Below are positions 13,270 to 25,909 of a DNA stretch of 64,000 nucleotides, one piece after another. The notes beneath the pieces are model-generated. The model did no database searches, was not told where the DNA came from, and worked only from the letters and a program-made list of their open reading frames with translations. Numbering within the stretch: the first letter of the stretch is position 1; each line of letters starts with the position of its first letter. The stretch is from positions 62,001 to 126,000 of the forward strand of contig NW_026860568.1 of the NCBI RefSeq assembly GCF_026571515.1, read 5' to 3'. The position numbers and the translations under genes are program-made. This DNA comes from Ruditapes philippinarum (taxonomy: Eukaryota).

Positions 13270-14518
13270 GTAAATTTTATTCACAACCTATGTATTTCTG
13301 TATTTCATTTTGGAACGACGGAAACTTAATATTAATTTATTAACTTAATATATATTAATTTATGTATTAATTTAAAATATATCTTATTTTTGCTGGTTTT
13401 CGTGAAGTTGGTATCCATGTTAAGTCACTTCTACTTCAAACTTCACCAAGTTATAAACAGCCTATGAGATTATATTTTGTATATTTGGTTGTATTTCCTT
13501 AAATAAAATGTACGTAAGGAGAGCTTTTATCATGCACTATCTCGTTCGTCAGGTTTCCATGGACACATCTATGATATCACTAATTACAAAATTGTGCCAT
13601 TTACACTCATGTTGCAAGATGAGTGAAAGATGGTTTAAACCTGTGCCATCCATGAACAGGCTCGACAAATTCGGGTCTGCAACATTTTCATATTGTTTAG
13701 GTTTGAAGCCCTTTGATGTGTTAGTTCACATTTCACTATTTTAAGACATCTCTACACTGTTAGTCAGAGTTGTTTTGATATTTTGATTAATGAAATAATA
13801 CAAGAATGATGTTATACATTATATTAGGTCGAGTCTAAATTTGCTCTTTGGATAGCTTATTGACTCGAAAGACATTAAAACATCTAAAGACAGTGTTCAC
13901 TCTATGAAATAAAGCATGACTTAAAATGTATTGTTACATTATACAAACAATAAATTCGAAGTTTATGTGTACGAGGGATATATGTACACAACGTTTCGAA
14001 GCGTTTGTATGCAACAAAACTAGGAATTTAGTATGGTTAATTGACTGTTATTTCAATATATCTAGGTTGTTTCATATCTTTGGTATGAATGCTTAGACAT
14101 AAGATTGATACCTTTAGAATTTAAAATACAATGCTTGATTTTAAAACAAGAGCCTGAATAAAGTAAACGATTCTACGTTCAAAAGGGCCTTAATTCTATC
14201 AAAATCCATCTATAGACAGTGATCTCTATTATTCTCTCAAAGAAGTGTGTTTCAATCAATGCCCTTAAGTATTTTTCAATGCAATCGTATTCTATTCTAT
14301 TATACGTATAACCGACATGCGTGCAAAATAACTTAACCAAAGTTTGACGCCGACGCCTTATTGCGGTACAATAGCTTGCCCAAATTCTTCGGATAGTCGA
14401 GCTACTAATGTTCAATTTTCATTGAAATCAATATGTTTTATTTCGATTTTCCATCCCTATCTCGTCTTTGAGTATTAATCTGACCTTGAAAATTGCACAC
14501 AGTACGTTTATATTGCAG

Positions 14519-17284
14519 ATGGAGTTCGATGAAGAGGGTGAGTTATACATTTGAACTATAAGTATTAATTTTGTTTTCCTTAACTCATTTTGATATTATC
14601 ACGTAAGAGTCTTAACATTCTAATAGTTATTTAATTAAAATTAGTTAAAATTACAAGGACTAATGACAGTAGAAATATATACACAGCTAATGTAACTTAA
14701 TAACCAAAATTATAACATGATATGTTGATATTAATTTCATATAGAATGGAGAAGAAAGTTTGACAACTATGATATGAATAAAGATGGGGTAATATCTGGT
14801 GAGGAAATTACACGCTTGATGCAATATGTAGGATTTAATCCAACAAAAGCAGACGAGGAAGACTTTTTGCAAAGACTTGGAAAATCAAAATGCAGTAATT
14901 ATTATTTTCATACGTTTTAGCTATATTGTCTTGTTAACAAAACACCAACGTGAAGTACATAAAAGATTCTTTAAAATAGCTAGTATGTTGAAATTGCAAT
15001 TTATGTTTTAATAAAGTTTAAACACATTTCTGACAATTTATGGGTTTATAAAGTTTAAACACATTTCTGGCAATTTATGGCTTAATAAAGTTTAAAAACA
15101 TTCCTGGCAGTTTTATTGGATTAACTACACCATGACAATGACGTAAAAGTCTACATGTTCTCATTTATCAGTACAAGCGGTTACGGAGGAAACATTGTGT
15201 ATAACTAAAATACTGGGTTTTAGAAGCAGTCACCATTACCACTAGATCACCTTATCATTTAAAATGCCGGCGGCAACTGATACTATTCATTCTTACGGTG
15301 CAGACCCAGATAAGCTGTATTATCATAGTCTGCACTGTTCGCTTGTTAGTCAGTACATATTTGGAAAATTTTCCTAAAATTGATGAATGGTGTTGTCCAG
15401 ATTGAAAGCTCATTTAAAATATTTAGCGTAGTAAGGGAAAGTATATGTCTTAAGTGGCCATTTATCCAGCCATAGTTGAGTTGATATATTCAGAGCTTTT
15501 CCGTTCCTTATCATTTATAACGTAAAATGTGATAAACAAGATCAGCAAGGAAAGGCGGCGTTCAATGAACGCAACCCCCACGAAAAGCAACAAGAGCCAG
15601 CGGCAAGGAGCCCAGGAGGACCCCAAACAAAAACAGGACAGGGCACAAGGGAGATCATGGGCAGGCTAATCACTAAATCATAAATAAGAAGAAATAATAA
15701 GTAACTGTAACACTTTGTATGAATAAATTGTTGAAGAGTTCAAAACATCAAACATTAAACACCAATAACTTACAATAAATAACTATAACGACCAGCAAGT
15801 TATATGCACAAAATCTTGTCATCAAAAGTTCGCTATTTCAGAGGAAGAGGAAATAATAACTTTCGAGGAGTTCTTTGAGCTGGTAAAGACACTTCCCGAT
15901 CCGAGTGGAGAGTTGTACGTGGCTTTCAAATGCTTTGATAAAGATGACAGTGGTTATATTGATAAAGAAGAATTAAAAGGTGACTATATTTACGCAAAGA
16001 TTCGTGTCTTATTGAAACTTTTACACTCAAAAAGAACGAAGATGGTAATACCTGTAGTTTGCACTTAGAAATACTACATGTTTCCCTAAAAATGATTACA
16101 GGATGCAAAAAAACTTAGATATTGCAAGTTTTTTGTAAACTTTGACAAGGCTGTAATGAAAATACTTGACTTTTATCATTTCATTTATTTCTCATATGAT
16201 TAATTTGTTGAGGTTATTGCATTTAATCTTGAAATTGACAAATATCTTTGCAGAAATATTGACAAGTGGATACATGGATCCTAATGATATTGATGAAATT
16301 TTTGCACTGGTGGATGACGATAAAAACGGGAAAATTGAATTTAAGGGTACTTGTATACTTTTCTTATTTAACCTGCTAATTAGCCCTCTTTTAAGTGGAA
16401 CTGAACAGATGAGGCTATAAAAATGTAAAGGAAATGTTTTAATGCATTGTTTTACATCTAATTGTAATAAATCCGCTAACGCGGAGCTAGAATCGCGAAA
16501 ATATTTAAAATCGGGCCACATTAAACGTCTGAAAGGGTCTTAGTCAGTATCTTATATTTCTTCGGGCAATGTGACTGTTTCTTTAAAAGTGCCGATAATG
16601 TAAACGGAACTCAAAATGAAGTGTACACGAATAAAATCACATATGTATGACAAAGCGAAGTCAAATGGGCGCAATGCAGTCATTTATTTAGAATCTTTCT
16701 TATAATTATACAAAATGTAATTAATCGTTTAAATTTCAAAATTGATAATTTTGGTAAATTCATTTAAGGATAGCATTATTATATTTTCATGCTATTTTAC
16801 TTTATTTTCATAGTAATACATGTAGTACTCTAATTGAGATATTGAAAAATGATTATCTGGTACTTTTTTTAAGTTAATTTTAAAGATATACTGTGCTCAA
16901 ATTTGATTTTAGAAAATATGATAATTGCTTCACAGTCTCTTTGTAAATATTAAATAAACATGTTATGACATGTATTCACACGAAGTAAAAACGTTATGTT
17001 AAAATTATACACACCGTTGGTGATCACACAACATGAATATAGTGTCCTTAAAACTGACAGGTGTTTTTTAGAAAATACCAACTTTACTTGACCTGTAATA
17101 GGTAACACAGCTTCAAGACAAATTTAGTACGAATTTCATAGATTTCGTTTAAAATATTTTACTCAATTATGAGCATAGTATATCTTTAAAGAAAAAATGT
17201 GCAGTGAAAAAATCACGACAATAATTTAAAGTATAGAAAATGATCTCGTTCTTCTTTTCAGAGTTCATTACGCTTTTCAAGTAA
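14519..17284 (+). CDS. Calmodulin-like EF-hand protein 2 (140 aa)
   Basis: Exons 14519-14537, 14745-14894, 15842-15979, 16254-16346, 17262-17284 (423 nt): MEFDEEEWRRKFDNYDMNKDGVISGEEITRLMQYVGFNPTKADEEDFLQRLGKSKCKEEEIITFEEFFELVKTLPDPSGELYVAFKCFDKDDSGYIDKEELKEILTSGYMDPNDIDEIFALVDDDKNGKIEFKEFITLFK*. EF1, 3 and 4 canonical; EF2 degenerate. Confidence 0.88.
14997..15110. repeat. 37-bp minisatellite x3
   Basis: CAATTTATGTTTTAATAAAGTTTAAACACATTTCTGA variants at 14997, 15034, 15071. Confidence 0.85.
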
Positions 17285-19686
17285 AGATCATAGTTGCTAA
17301 GAAGCCAGCATTGTTGTTTCAACTTTGGTCATCAATAAAGAATTCAATATATCCAATATACATGTATCAGTATTGACTACCTGATTAGAAAATCTGATAT
17401 TGTTTGGTGCGATCAATTATAATCTGTATATTATTGTATGTTAATATCATAACCATATTTTACACGTCAAAAGAACATAACTCTACAATTTGTTAAACAT
17501 TTAGCCCGCTGCAGTCCAAAGTGTGTAGTCTTTGCCACCAGTGCACCACTAGAATAAATCCAGGAATATCATTTTGATAATCTCAAAATGATAATGGACT
17601 GTTCAAAACAAGGAAGTTGTACAAGTCTTATTCACTAGGTTTAGGATTAATTTAATACATGTACAATGATGATATAGCCAGTTTATGTTGTGACATTCAA
17701 AGATAGACAAATACAAAGACATGTTCAATATGGTCAAACATTTTTATCTCAATAATTAGTTTTTATCCATTGGCACATTTCGATTGAATCCTTGCTTGAA
17801 TATTACTGCATATATATGGATATACACATTGCCTTTTGTCAAATTTTTCTATGACAATTCAATATTACATAATTATATACTTCATTGAATAAATTTTGTA
17901 AAAAACGAAATTTTCTTTTAAATCAATTCTTGTCTTCTATCTGTTAATAGTGACCTACCGTTTTATGAGTAATAGAACTGGACATACAAAACAAGATCCG
18001 TTCATTTTGTTACATCCGTTTTTAAATAATAGCTGCAACTGGTATAGGAATTACTCCTGTTTTAGAGATCACTGAGTGTAAATAATGTCTTAACCCAGGA
18101 TGGAGAGTTTTTCTTAGTTATCGACATGTGCAAAGTTATTACATTCAGATATAGGAAAACATGGTAAACAAAGATTCAAAGCTATAGTTTGTTTTAACAA
18201 CTTGGCAACTGTAACAAAGTTCTAATAATTTAAAATTAGATTCCGCAATTATAATTGGTCTGCTAAACAACTTACTTGACAAGTGCCTTGTACATTGATG
18301 ATAAACGGTAGTTTTGTGTTCAGACAAGTATTTTGATTATTAGGGAGCTTTATCAGTGTTTTAATAATAGATTTTGCACCTTCAGCAAACTATACGTTTT
18401 CTCTTTATTTACCGTGACTCCTATCATTTTTGAATATTATATACCAGTTCTGACCAGTACTCTCAGATTCTTTTAGCACCAGCAGTCAAAATGACTTTTT
18501 ACGATCGATTCTTTTATTTCCTGTACAGTATTCCATTTATAGTCAAGGGAGTGAATGTTTTGATGCCGCAGTTGAGAAAAGAAAATAATAATAACTTCAT
18601 TGCTGTATATAAAACTTGTTTTACTTTTATTACTTCTGAATACATTTCTAATTCAATACCTGGTAATGTTATTGTTATGTTTTGTGAGATAAGCAAACTG
18701 TAAAAGCAAATCTTCTCTAATACACACGATCCTTTTTAAAAATACAAAGTCCTAATCATGATAGTCCTGACATATATAATTCCATCACACTACTTAATTT
18801 ATATAAAATAGAAAAAATGTTTTTATTGAATCAGTATTTTGTTTTATAGCTGCGCCGAGATGTAAGAAAATATTCAGATTGTGTCGGACATTAGCGTCCT
18901 TGAATTGCTGGTATAAGTTTTATTTCTATACAGTATCGCGATCTTGATCGGACAATTATTTTACAAATATGTAATAGAGGAAAATGAAACAAAGATCACA
19001 TTATTGATTTCAGCAAGTGAAAATAAGCAAAACTTAAAGGTATGCAATGTGTCTTTTTTAACAATATCATCGACACTGACAATTTCGAAGACAATCTTAT
19101 CATATGAAGATGGAATAACACATTTAAGATATTTGTGATTTTTAAAATGAAAAATGCATATAAACTTTAAAATGAAAAATACATATATACTTTAAAAGCA
19201 AATCATAACAATCATATAGTATTCGGATGTGCATCTTTAAGTATTTCTTTTTTATCCTGTAACGTTATTTACGTGAAAATATCCTTATATTCTTTACTCT
19301 TACAGTGATAAATAATGTAACGTATATTCTAGTACTATAATTTTTGTGAACACTTCATGCTGTCAAAGCTTATCACTTAGTTATATCGATAGATCTTTAG
19401 CTGTAGGTATTGATTGACCATGAAACCGAACTGTTTTCTTTTAGACATTAATGATATACATATTGATCTTAGTTAGATCTCTTTCATCTTTCCTTCTTGA
19501 GAATAACTTTGAAATATTGGATCTGGAGAGAATGTCAATCAGCATCAACTTGCACGGCCAGATTTCAGAAATATTTTAATTGATTTCTGATTAGAAGTTC
19601 TTTAAGAGGATTACGCATCGTAAATTATACTTTACTATTTTTTAACAAGGTTGGCAAACGGTGAGAAATACTTGGTCATCCAGCAC

Positions 19687-19804
19687 GAACCTTTGAAAAA
19701 TGGTAAAATATATTTTTATACATTTATATGTTATGATTTTATTAAGAACCTTTGAAAAATGGTAAAATATATTTTTATATATTTATATGTTATGATTTTA
19801 TTAA
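19687..19804 (+). repeat. 59-bp tandem duplication containing the ATG and first splice donor of gene 3
   Basis: GAACCTTTGAAAAATG|GTAAAATATATTTTTATA...ATTAA at 19687 and 19746, one mismatch. Confidence 0.9.
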
Positions 19805-22800
19805 GAATTCTAAAATATGTTTTTGTTATAATTTATTTATTTATTTATCTATTTAGATCTATTTATTTTCATTTTTCTACTTATTGAGTGTTTTCTTTCT
19901 TATCAGGAAAATATTTGTGTTATTTTAATTGAAATTTAATGTAAAGGTGGTTAATTCATATACGGAAGAAAAGTTTATTTGGGCTATTCACATGAAAATG
20001 CTTAGAGTTTGAGCGTGAAGCAACTGAAATACAAGCGCATTGTGAAACATGCCAATAATATCGCGATGAATAACTTTTTTGTTTCCTTCACTTGCGCAAA
20101 TAAATTCATTACGCTAGTTCTAACACGAATTTACAATCAATCTAAAATATGTTTAAACTGAGTTCTACATTATTCCGTGTGTAAAGAGGTTATTATGGTA
20201 GCTTACTGCTGTTGTTTTCTGTTCTGTTTAGAAAATGCCATGTTTATGTATGATGTATGAATTGTACCGTTTACGTCAGTAATAATTTCTTGTAAATACT
20301 AAGTAAAATATTGAAAATATATAGCTAAATTTTATACACAGTTTGAAAAATACTTGAAGTTTTGGATAAAAGCGCTACCAACTTTAAGCATATCTTATTA
20401 TAAATATTATCTTAAAAACTGAATATTCTGTTCCAGGCCCAACCTAACGATATAAATTCGCGACAGGGTAAGTGAATTTATTTATATGTCATTTGAAGCA
20501 ACAAAAATGAAAAAAAGTACCAAAAAGCATGCTGGAAGTTGACATGAGTATGCATTTTCTAAATTCAGTTTAGCGCATTTCATGAAGAGACCACTTTCTT
20601 TGATTTGATTATTTTGTTAATGCAACATACCCTGTGGTCAGCCATAATGATGATTTTTTTTTTGTTATTGTTTTTGTTTTCGAGTAAAGACATCACAGTG
20701 AAAAACAGCGGTTTCGAGGGTCATTACGACAAAAGTCAATATTTATACTTTATTTACAAAGGACTTCATACACACTCAAGCAGAAAATATATATTTGATG
20801 TTCGAAAACTAAAATGTATCAAACCATATACAATTATATTGTCTTTAGTTTACAAAGTTATTGTTTAAACTATAATTTAAATTTTTCTCTCTAAAGATAT
20901 AATTTAATTCTTTTTCTGTCTATTCTTTGATCAAAATTTTATTAAAGTAAAATTGGATTTAAAGGTATGGAAAGTACAACTGCTTTATTGCAACAGGTAT
21001 CTAATGATATACCTTCTCTCTGTTTCATTTTTTTCAGAATGGATTGAGCTTTTTAATGAATTCGATACAAATAAGGACGGTGAGTTGTGTAAAGACGAAA
21101 TTAAATGTCTAATGAGAGTGTTAGGGACTAATCCGACTGATGAAGAAGTTGACGAATACATAAAGGAAGTTGATAAAAATGGTAAGATGTCTTCGTTATA
21201 TAAGTTGGGTAAATATCACAAATCTGTTGGTTGTAGAAAAAAAGCAAAAAATTGAAAATTGAATTCTTACTAGCCGTGCCTAATTCTAACGGTTACAAAC
21301 ATGAAGAAAAAAAATTTTCTTTGAATAGCTTGGTTCACATGGGTTTTGAACAAAGTTCATACAAATATACCATTTTGACTGACACAGTACAGAAACTAGG
21401 AAAACTGTGGTGTACATGTAACACTACCATCCGTAATTCTGTGGAAGGACCTTTTTGTTCATCTTGGAAATCAATGGTTATACTTTAGGCATTACCACTG
21501 GCTCCTCCAGACGGATTAGTTAATAAACGAATCACCTAGCCGCTTTCTCCTCCCTTTTTCTATGTAGATGCATTATAGGCTTATCATGTTCAAACTAGTG
21601 GTACACAATTCGCGTATTTGGTTTATAATATGATTGCCTGTTTCTCAGAGAAATAACAAACAAATGTTATTTAAAATTGTGTTTTTGAAACCCGTCTTTA
21701 AGGTCATTCCCGGTGCTGAAATTGAGCATGATATGAACCAATTCTGTACAAGAAGGTACTGATATATTTATGCCGTTCCTGCAAGTGATATGTCAATAAA
21801 GATGCATCACTTCATTATACATCAACTTGAATATCATCAATAAAAAGTCGATCGTCTGATCCAAACAAATAACATTAATATTCAGATTATTCTAGGTCAG
21901 TCACAGATTACAAATACTCTTTCACATTTATAAATAATTGTCTATTACATAAAATTGATTAAATTACACAGTGATTCTGTGGAGCACTTAACGAAATATG
22001 CGTTCAGGAAGAAGTAAATCACTTGCTTCTTTCTAAAGTCGATTTCTAAAATGACATTTTGCTCATTTTTTATTGTCAAGTTGAGCTGAATTAAGGATTG
22101 ACATTTATAATGCTGCTTGACCAACAGTTGATACTTGAAAATGTTAAGAAAAAATATAAATTAGCTTAAAATATAAAAATACTGCCCCGCTCCTTCTAAT
22201 AAATTAAACGGTATGGTAAATTCTGATGGAATTTCCTTGGGCCACCATCGTTCATGCGAAGAAAATTATAAAAACTGAAAGAAATAGCAAAATGTCAACT
22301 TATTGTGACTGTTCACTCAGTATATACCCCTTGGGTAGGCATGATTTCACTTATAACCAACAAATGTCTTGTTTGGTTTGTCAGTATTAGTTATAGATAA
22401 CCTACTGTTTCTGTAATTGATTTATGAAACACTCTAAGCCATTGTCTCGGAATATTCTCTGAGAGATAGGCGGTGGTTACCCTGTCAATTTGTCTCTGTT
22501 TTAATGTTTTAATTGTACATAATGAACTTAAATTTTTACTTCCCATCGTAACACAATTCACTTTTAAGTATCATAATTCACTTTTCAGTAACATTATTAA
22601 CTCTCAAATTATAAGTACCATCAAGTCATAATCAGAAATCAATTGTTGGATTGAACCATATAGATGAAGATTTTGACAAATGCGACAATTGTTTTATGTT
22701 GAATAATACGAGTATCACTAGGGACTTGTGCATGATTGACATCTTATGTGATAATGACTATTATTGTTGTTCCTATCCAGATGATGAGAAAGTTAACTGT

Positions 22801-24317
22801 GAAGAGTTTTGTACGTTCATGGAAAAGCAGCTAGCTAGCGGAGATCCAAAGGAGAAATTACGAGAGGCTTTTGACTACTATGACATAGACAAGAACGGAA
22901 AAATAGACAGGAGAGAACTCAAACGTAAGTTTATCCATGCGAAGATTTATCTTGCATACTATATGTAAATAAATGACTTGAATAAACTATTCTAATTTGA
23001 GACAGTTATAAATAAAATATGTCTAAGCTGTATTTATCGGCTATTTTATACTAGTTTGGACTTTTAATGTTAAGAAATTGACCACGATATAATTACGACT
23101 ATAAAAAGAAATAAAAAGAGATCTATACCACTAACGCTATATATTTCCGCTGCCGATTTTCGTATCTGGCTATTCTTTTTCGCACCTAACTGTCGCGGAA
23201 GTAAAAAAGAAACGAAATTACAAGTTTCAATATCTCTTTATTTTCAATAATTATTTTATTTATCTTAACAATGTATCCGACTGGATTGTATAGTGTTAAT
23301 AACACCATCTATGTAATTTTATATGACGTCTTTCAGGCGCATTTTATGAGCGAGTTACATGTTGGATGAGGTCATTATGCTGCTTATGAACGGTCATTTA
23401 AATTCCATTTTATAGGAGGGAGTATATGTTAACAAAACCAGACATTGTTTAATTGCAGTTCTACATCGTTTGTGTTTGTTTGTTTGTTTTTGTTTTGTTG
23501 CTTTTTGGTTGTCGGTTTTTTTTGTGAATAGCCAATTAACTATCTTTGCACATGGTATCACGTGAAAGTCGGAATAGGAATTTGAATCAATATACTTCCT
23601 TGCTTTAAATTACTTTTTGACCGTACATCTGCTTTCACTTTGGAAACTTCAAAACCAGTTAAAGCATAGTAAACAGGGGATTCTATAAAACTTGCTGTAT
23701 ATTGGATATTTAGCATCTATAATATCAGTTATTTAACATTTAGGCATTCTGATGGACTGTAGAGAAGACCCCAATGATGAAGATCTGATTGACGAGATAA
23801 TTAAAACTGCTGATATAAATAAAGACGGCATGATTGACCTGGATGGTAAATGACCAGTTTTATTTTATACAAAATGTACTGTAGTTCGATAATGTAGGAA
23901 GCTATACGCTTATGTTTTTGCATCTGTTCCTGGAACAAGCCATTGCCAAGTAATGAATGAAAAATACCTTGTTCAAAGAAAAAACGATCTGCTCCAAACA
24001 TCAGATAATACCTTGAATATTGAATATATTGAATATAACCTTGTAAAAACATAACTTGTCGGGAAATAATTGGCTTGCTTTTTTGTGGTTCGATTATAAA
24101 TAATAATAAAAAGACGCATACTTAAAAAGAGTGATATTCGAATTTAGAAAAAAGGCTATCATTAATCACCAGTTGTTCATTCTAAAGTGATTTTACAACA
24201 AGAAAAAATCTTTTTTGTAATATACACATGTACAAGATAAGATTTATATGTGAAAGTTTACAATTTTATCATTCATCTTTCATTTCAGAATTTGTACAGC
24301 ATCTACAGAATGTCTGA
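19700..24317 (+). CDS. Calmodulin-like EF-hand protein 3 (150 aa), the most calmodulin-like member
   Basis: Exons 19700-19702 (ATG), 20437-20467, 21038-21181, 22781-22924, 23744-23845, 24289-24317 (453 nt): MAQPNDINSRQEWIELFNEFDTNKDGELCKDEIKCLMRVLGTNPTDEEVDEYIKEVDKNDDEKVNCEEFCTFMEKQLASGDPKEKLREAFDYYDIDKNGKIDRRELKRILMDCREDPNDEDLIDEIIKTADINKDGMIDLDEFVQHLQNV*. Confidence 0.9.
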
Positions 24318-25909
24318 AATAAAGGAGAGAAAACGACAATAAAACCATTGGATTTATATACATCGTGTAGCAAACACTACTACAGTAGTAATAGTCGTAT
24401 ATGTTTTGTGGAATAATGAAAGATCTTACATCCCGGTCCGCAAAAGTTGTTTCTTAAATAATAGAAGCCATCTCATACAAAATCATGACAACAGATTCTT
24501 ATCTAGTATAATAATGAGGAAGTTTGACCGGGAAAATGTTTCTTGTTTCAGTATGATGCAATTTATTTTTAGAACAGTGCTTATACGTATTTAGTCTTGT
24601 ATATAAAATACAATCATCACCGCAGAAAAGTTGGAAACTTATATTATAGAATATTTCTAAAAGTGGCCATATTAAAGAATGTTTTATTTCTGTGTTCTTT
24701 TGAGGCATAAGTCATTATTCAGCTTTAATCTGTTCATGTAGGAGGGCAAGAGTGCCGTTACCGAAATGTGGCAAAAACACTATACAACATTGCATAATTT
24801 CCCATCGTGTAACTGCTGCTTTCAAATAGAAAACTACGTGACTTCGGTCGTACTATTAGCCTAATAGGCTGATATTCCTAATGGTATTGTCAAACTTCCA
24901 TTTTATAATGTTCATTACCAAAATTGAGTGTATAATGATGGTCAGACTGCGCGTATGTGCAGGCGGAGATATAACTGGTAATTAAAGCTATTCATTAACG
25001 GTTTAAGTAGATTAAGAGATAAAGGCCCGTTATGCCGCAGAATGTTTTAATTTCTCAAAAGCTTCTTCATTTTTTTGTACTTTTAAAGTATCTAAAAAGT
25101 CATCTGCTCAGTGGTCATCTGTTTCTTTTTGGCAGTAATATTACGTTCATCTTGTGATTCTTTGTTGAGCATGTACTACTTTTCATTTTTCTAGTTACAT
25201 GTTATCAACTTGAATTAGTATTCACATATACGCTCTATTAGACATAGAACGTTTTTCTCAAAATATACTAAACAATTTAATTTATGTTGGACCATTTTAA
25301 AATAAAACATATTCAGAGGTCTAATGTGACGTTAGAACGTTGAAGTGATGTGTTCAATATGGAACACGTAGTAAATCTGCTGGCTATGTACCATGTCAAT
25401 ATTAAGAATTATTTATTTGTCAAAAACCATTCTCAGTAATTTTATACAATACAGAGTCTCATATAAGTTCATCATATTCCATACATTTATACTGAATTCA
25501 CCGTTGATACCTGTGTTTGAATAATCGGTGTGTAATCTTACATTTCAAGAAAACTCCCAAATATTTCAGCGGACTGATTAAAACGGGTTAAGTTTACACT
25601 AACATTATCATCAGTATGTTATTATATATTTTCATGTAATAAAATGTAGGTAATTAAAAAGCTGCCTTCGTAAAATTGGAGTTCATATTACAAACAAGTA
25701 TAGACCAGCCAATAACTATATATAGTTCGATATCGAAATATCTTTTGTATTGCTAGGATCTATTGATACTTCAATATACAATCACGTTGATTATAAAGTT
25801 ACTCGTTCTATATTTATGCTATTTTACGTTTATGTATAAATGTGATAAAGACCTGTGACGAGATTATAGTTGTAGTCAGTATAAAGGATATTCATCAATA
25901 GAAAAGAAG

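Noticed and set aside
19700-24317. Calling gene 3 (or any paralog) calmodulin or troponin C
   Set aside because: Far too divergent from the near-invariant CaM sequence; no diagnostic evidence for TnC; symbols left blank.
24836-24853. cUUCGg tetraloop hairpin downstream of gene 3
   Set aside because: Short bulged stem that could occur by chance; no supporting context.
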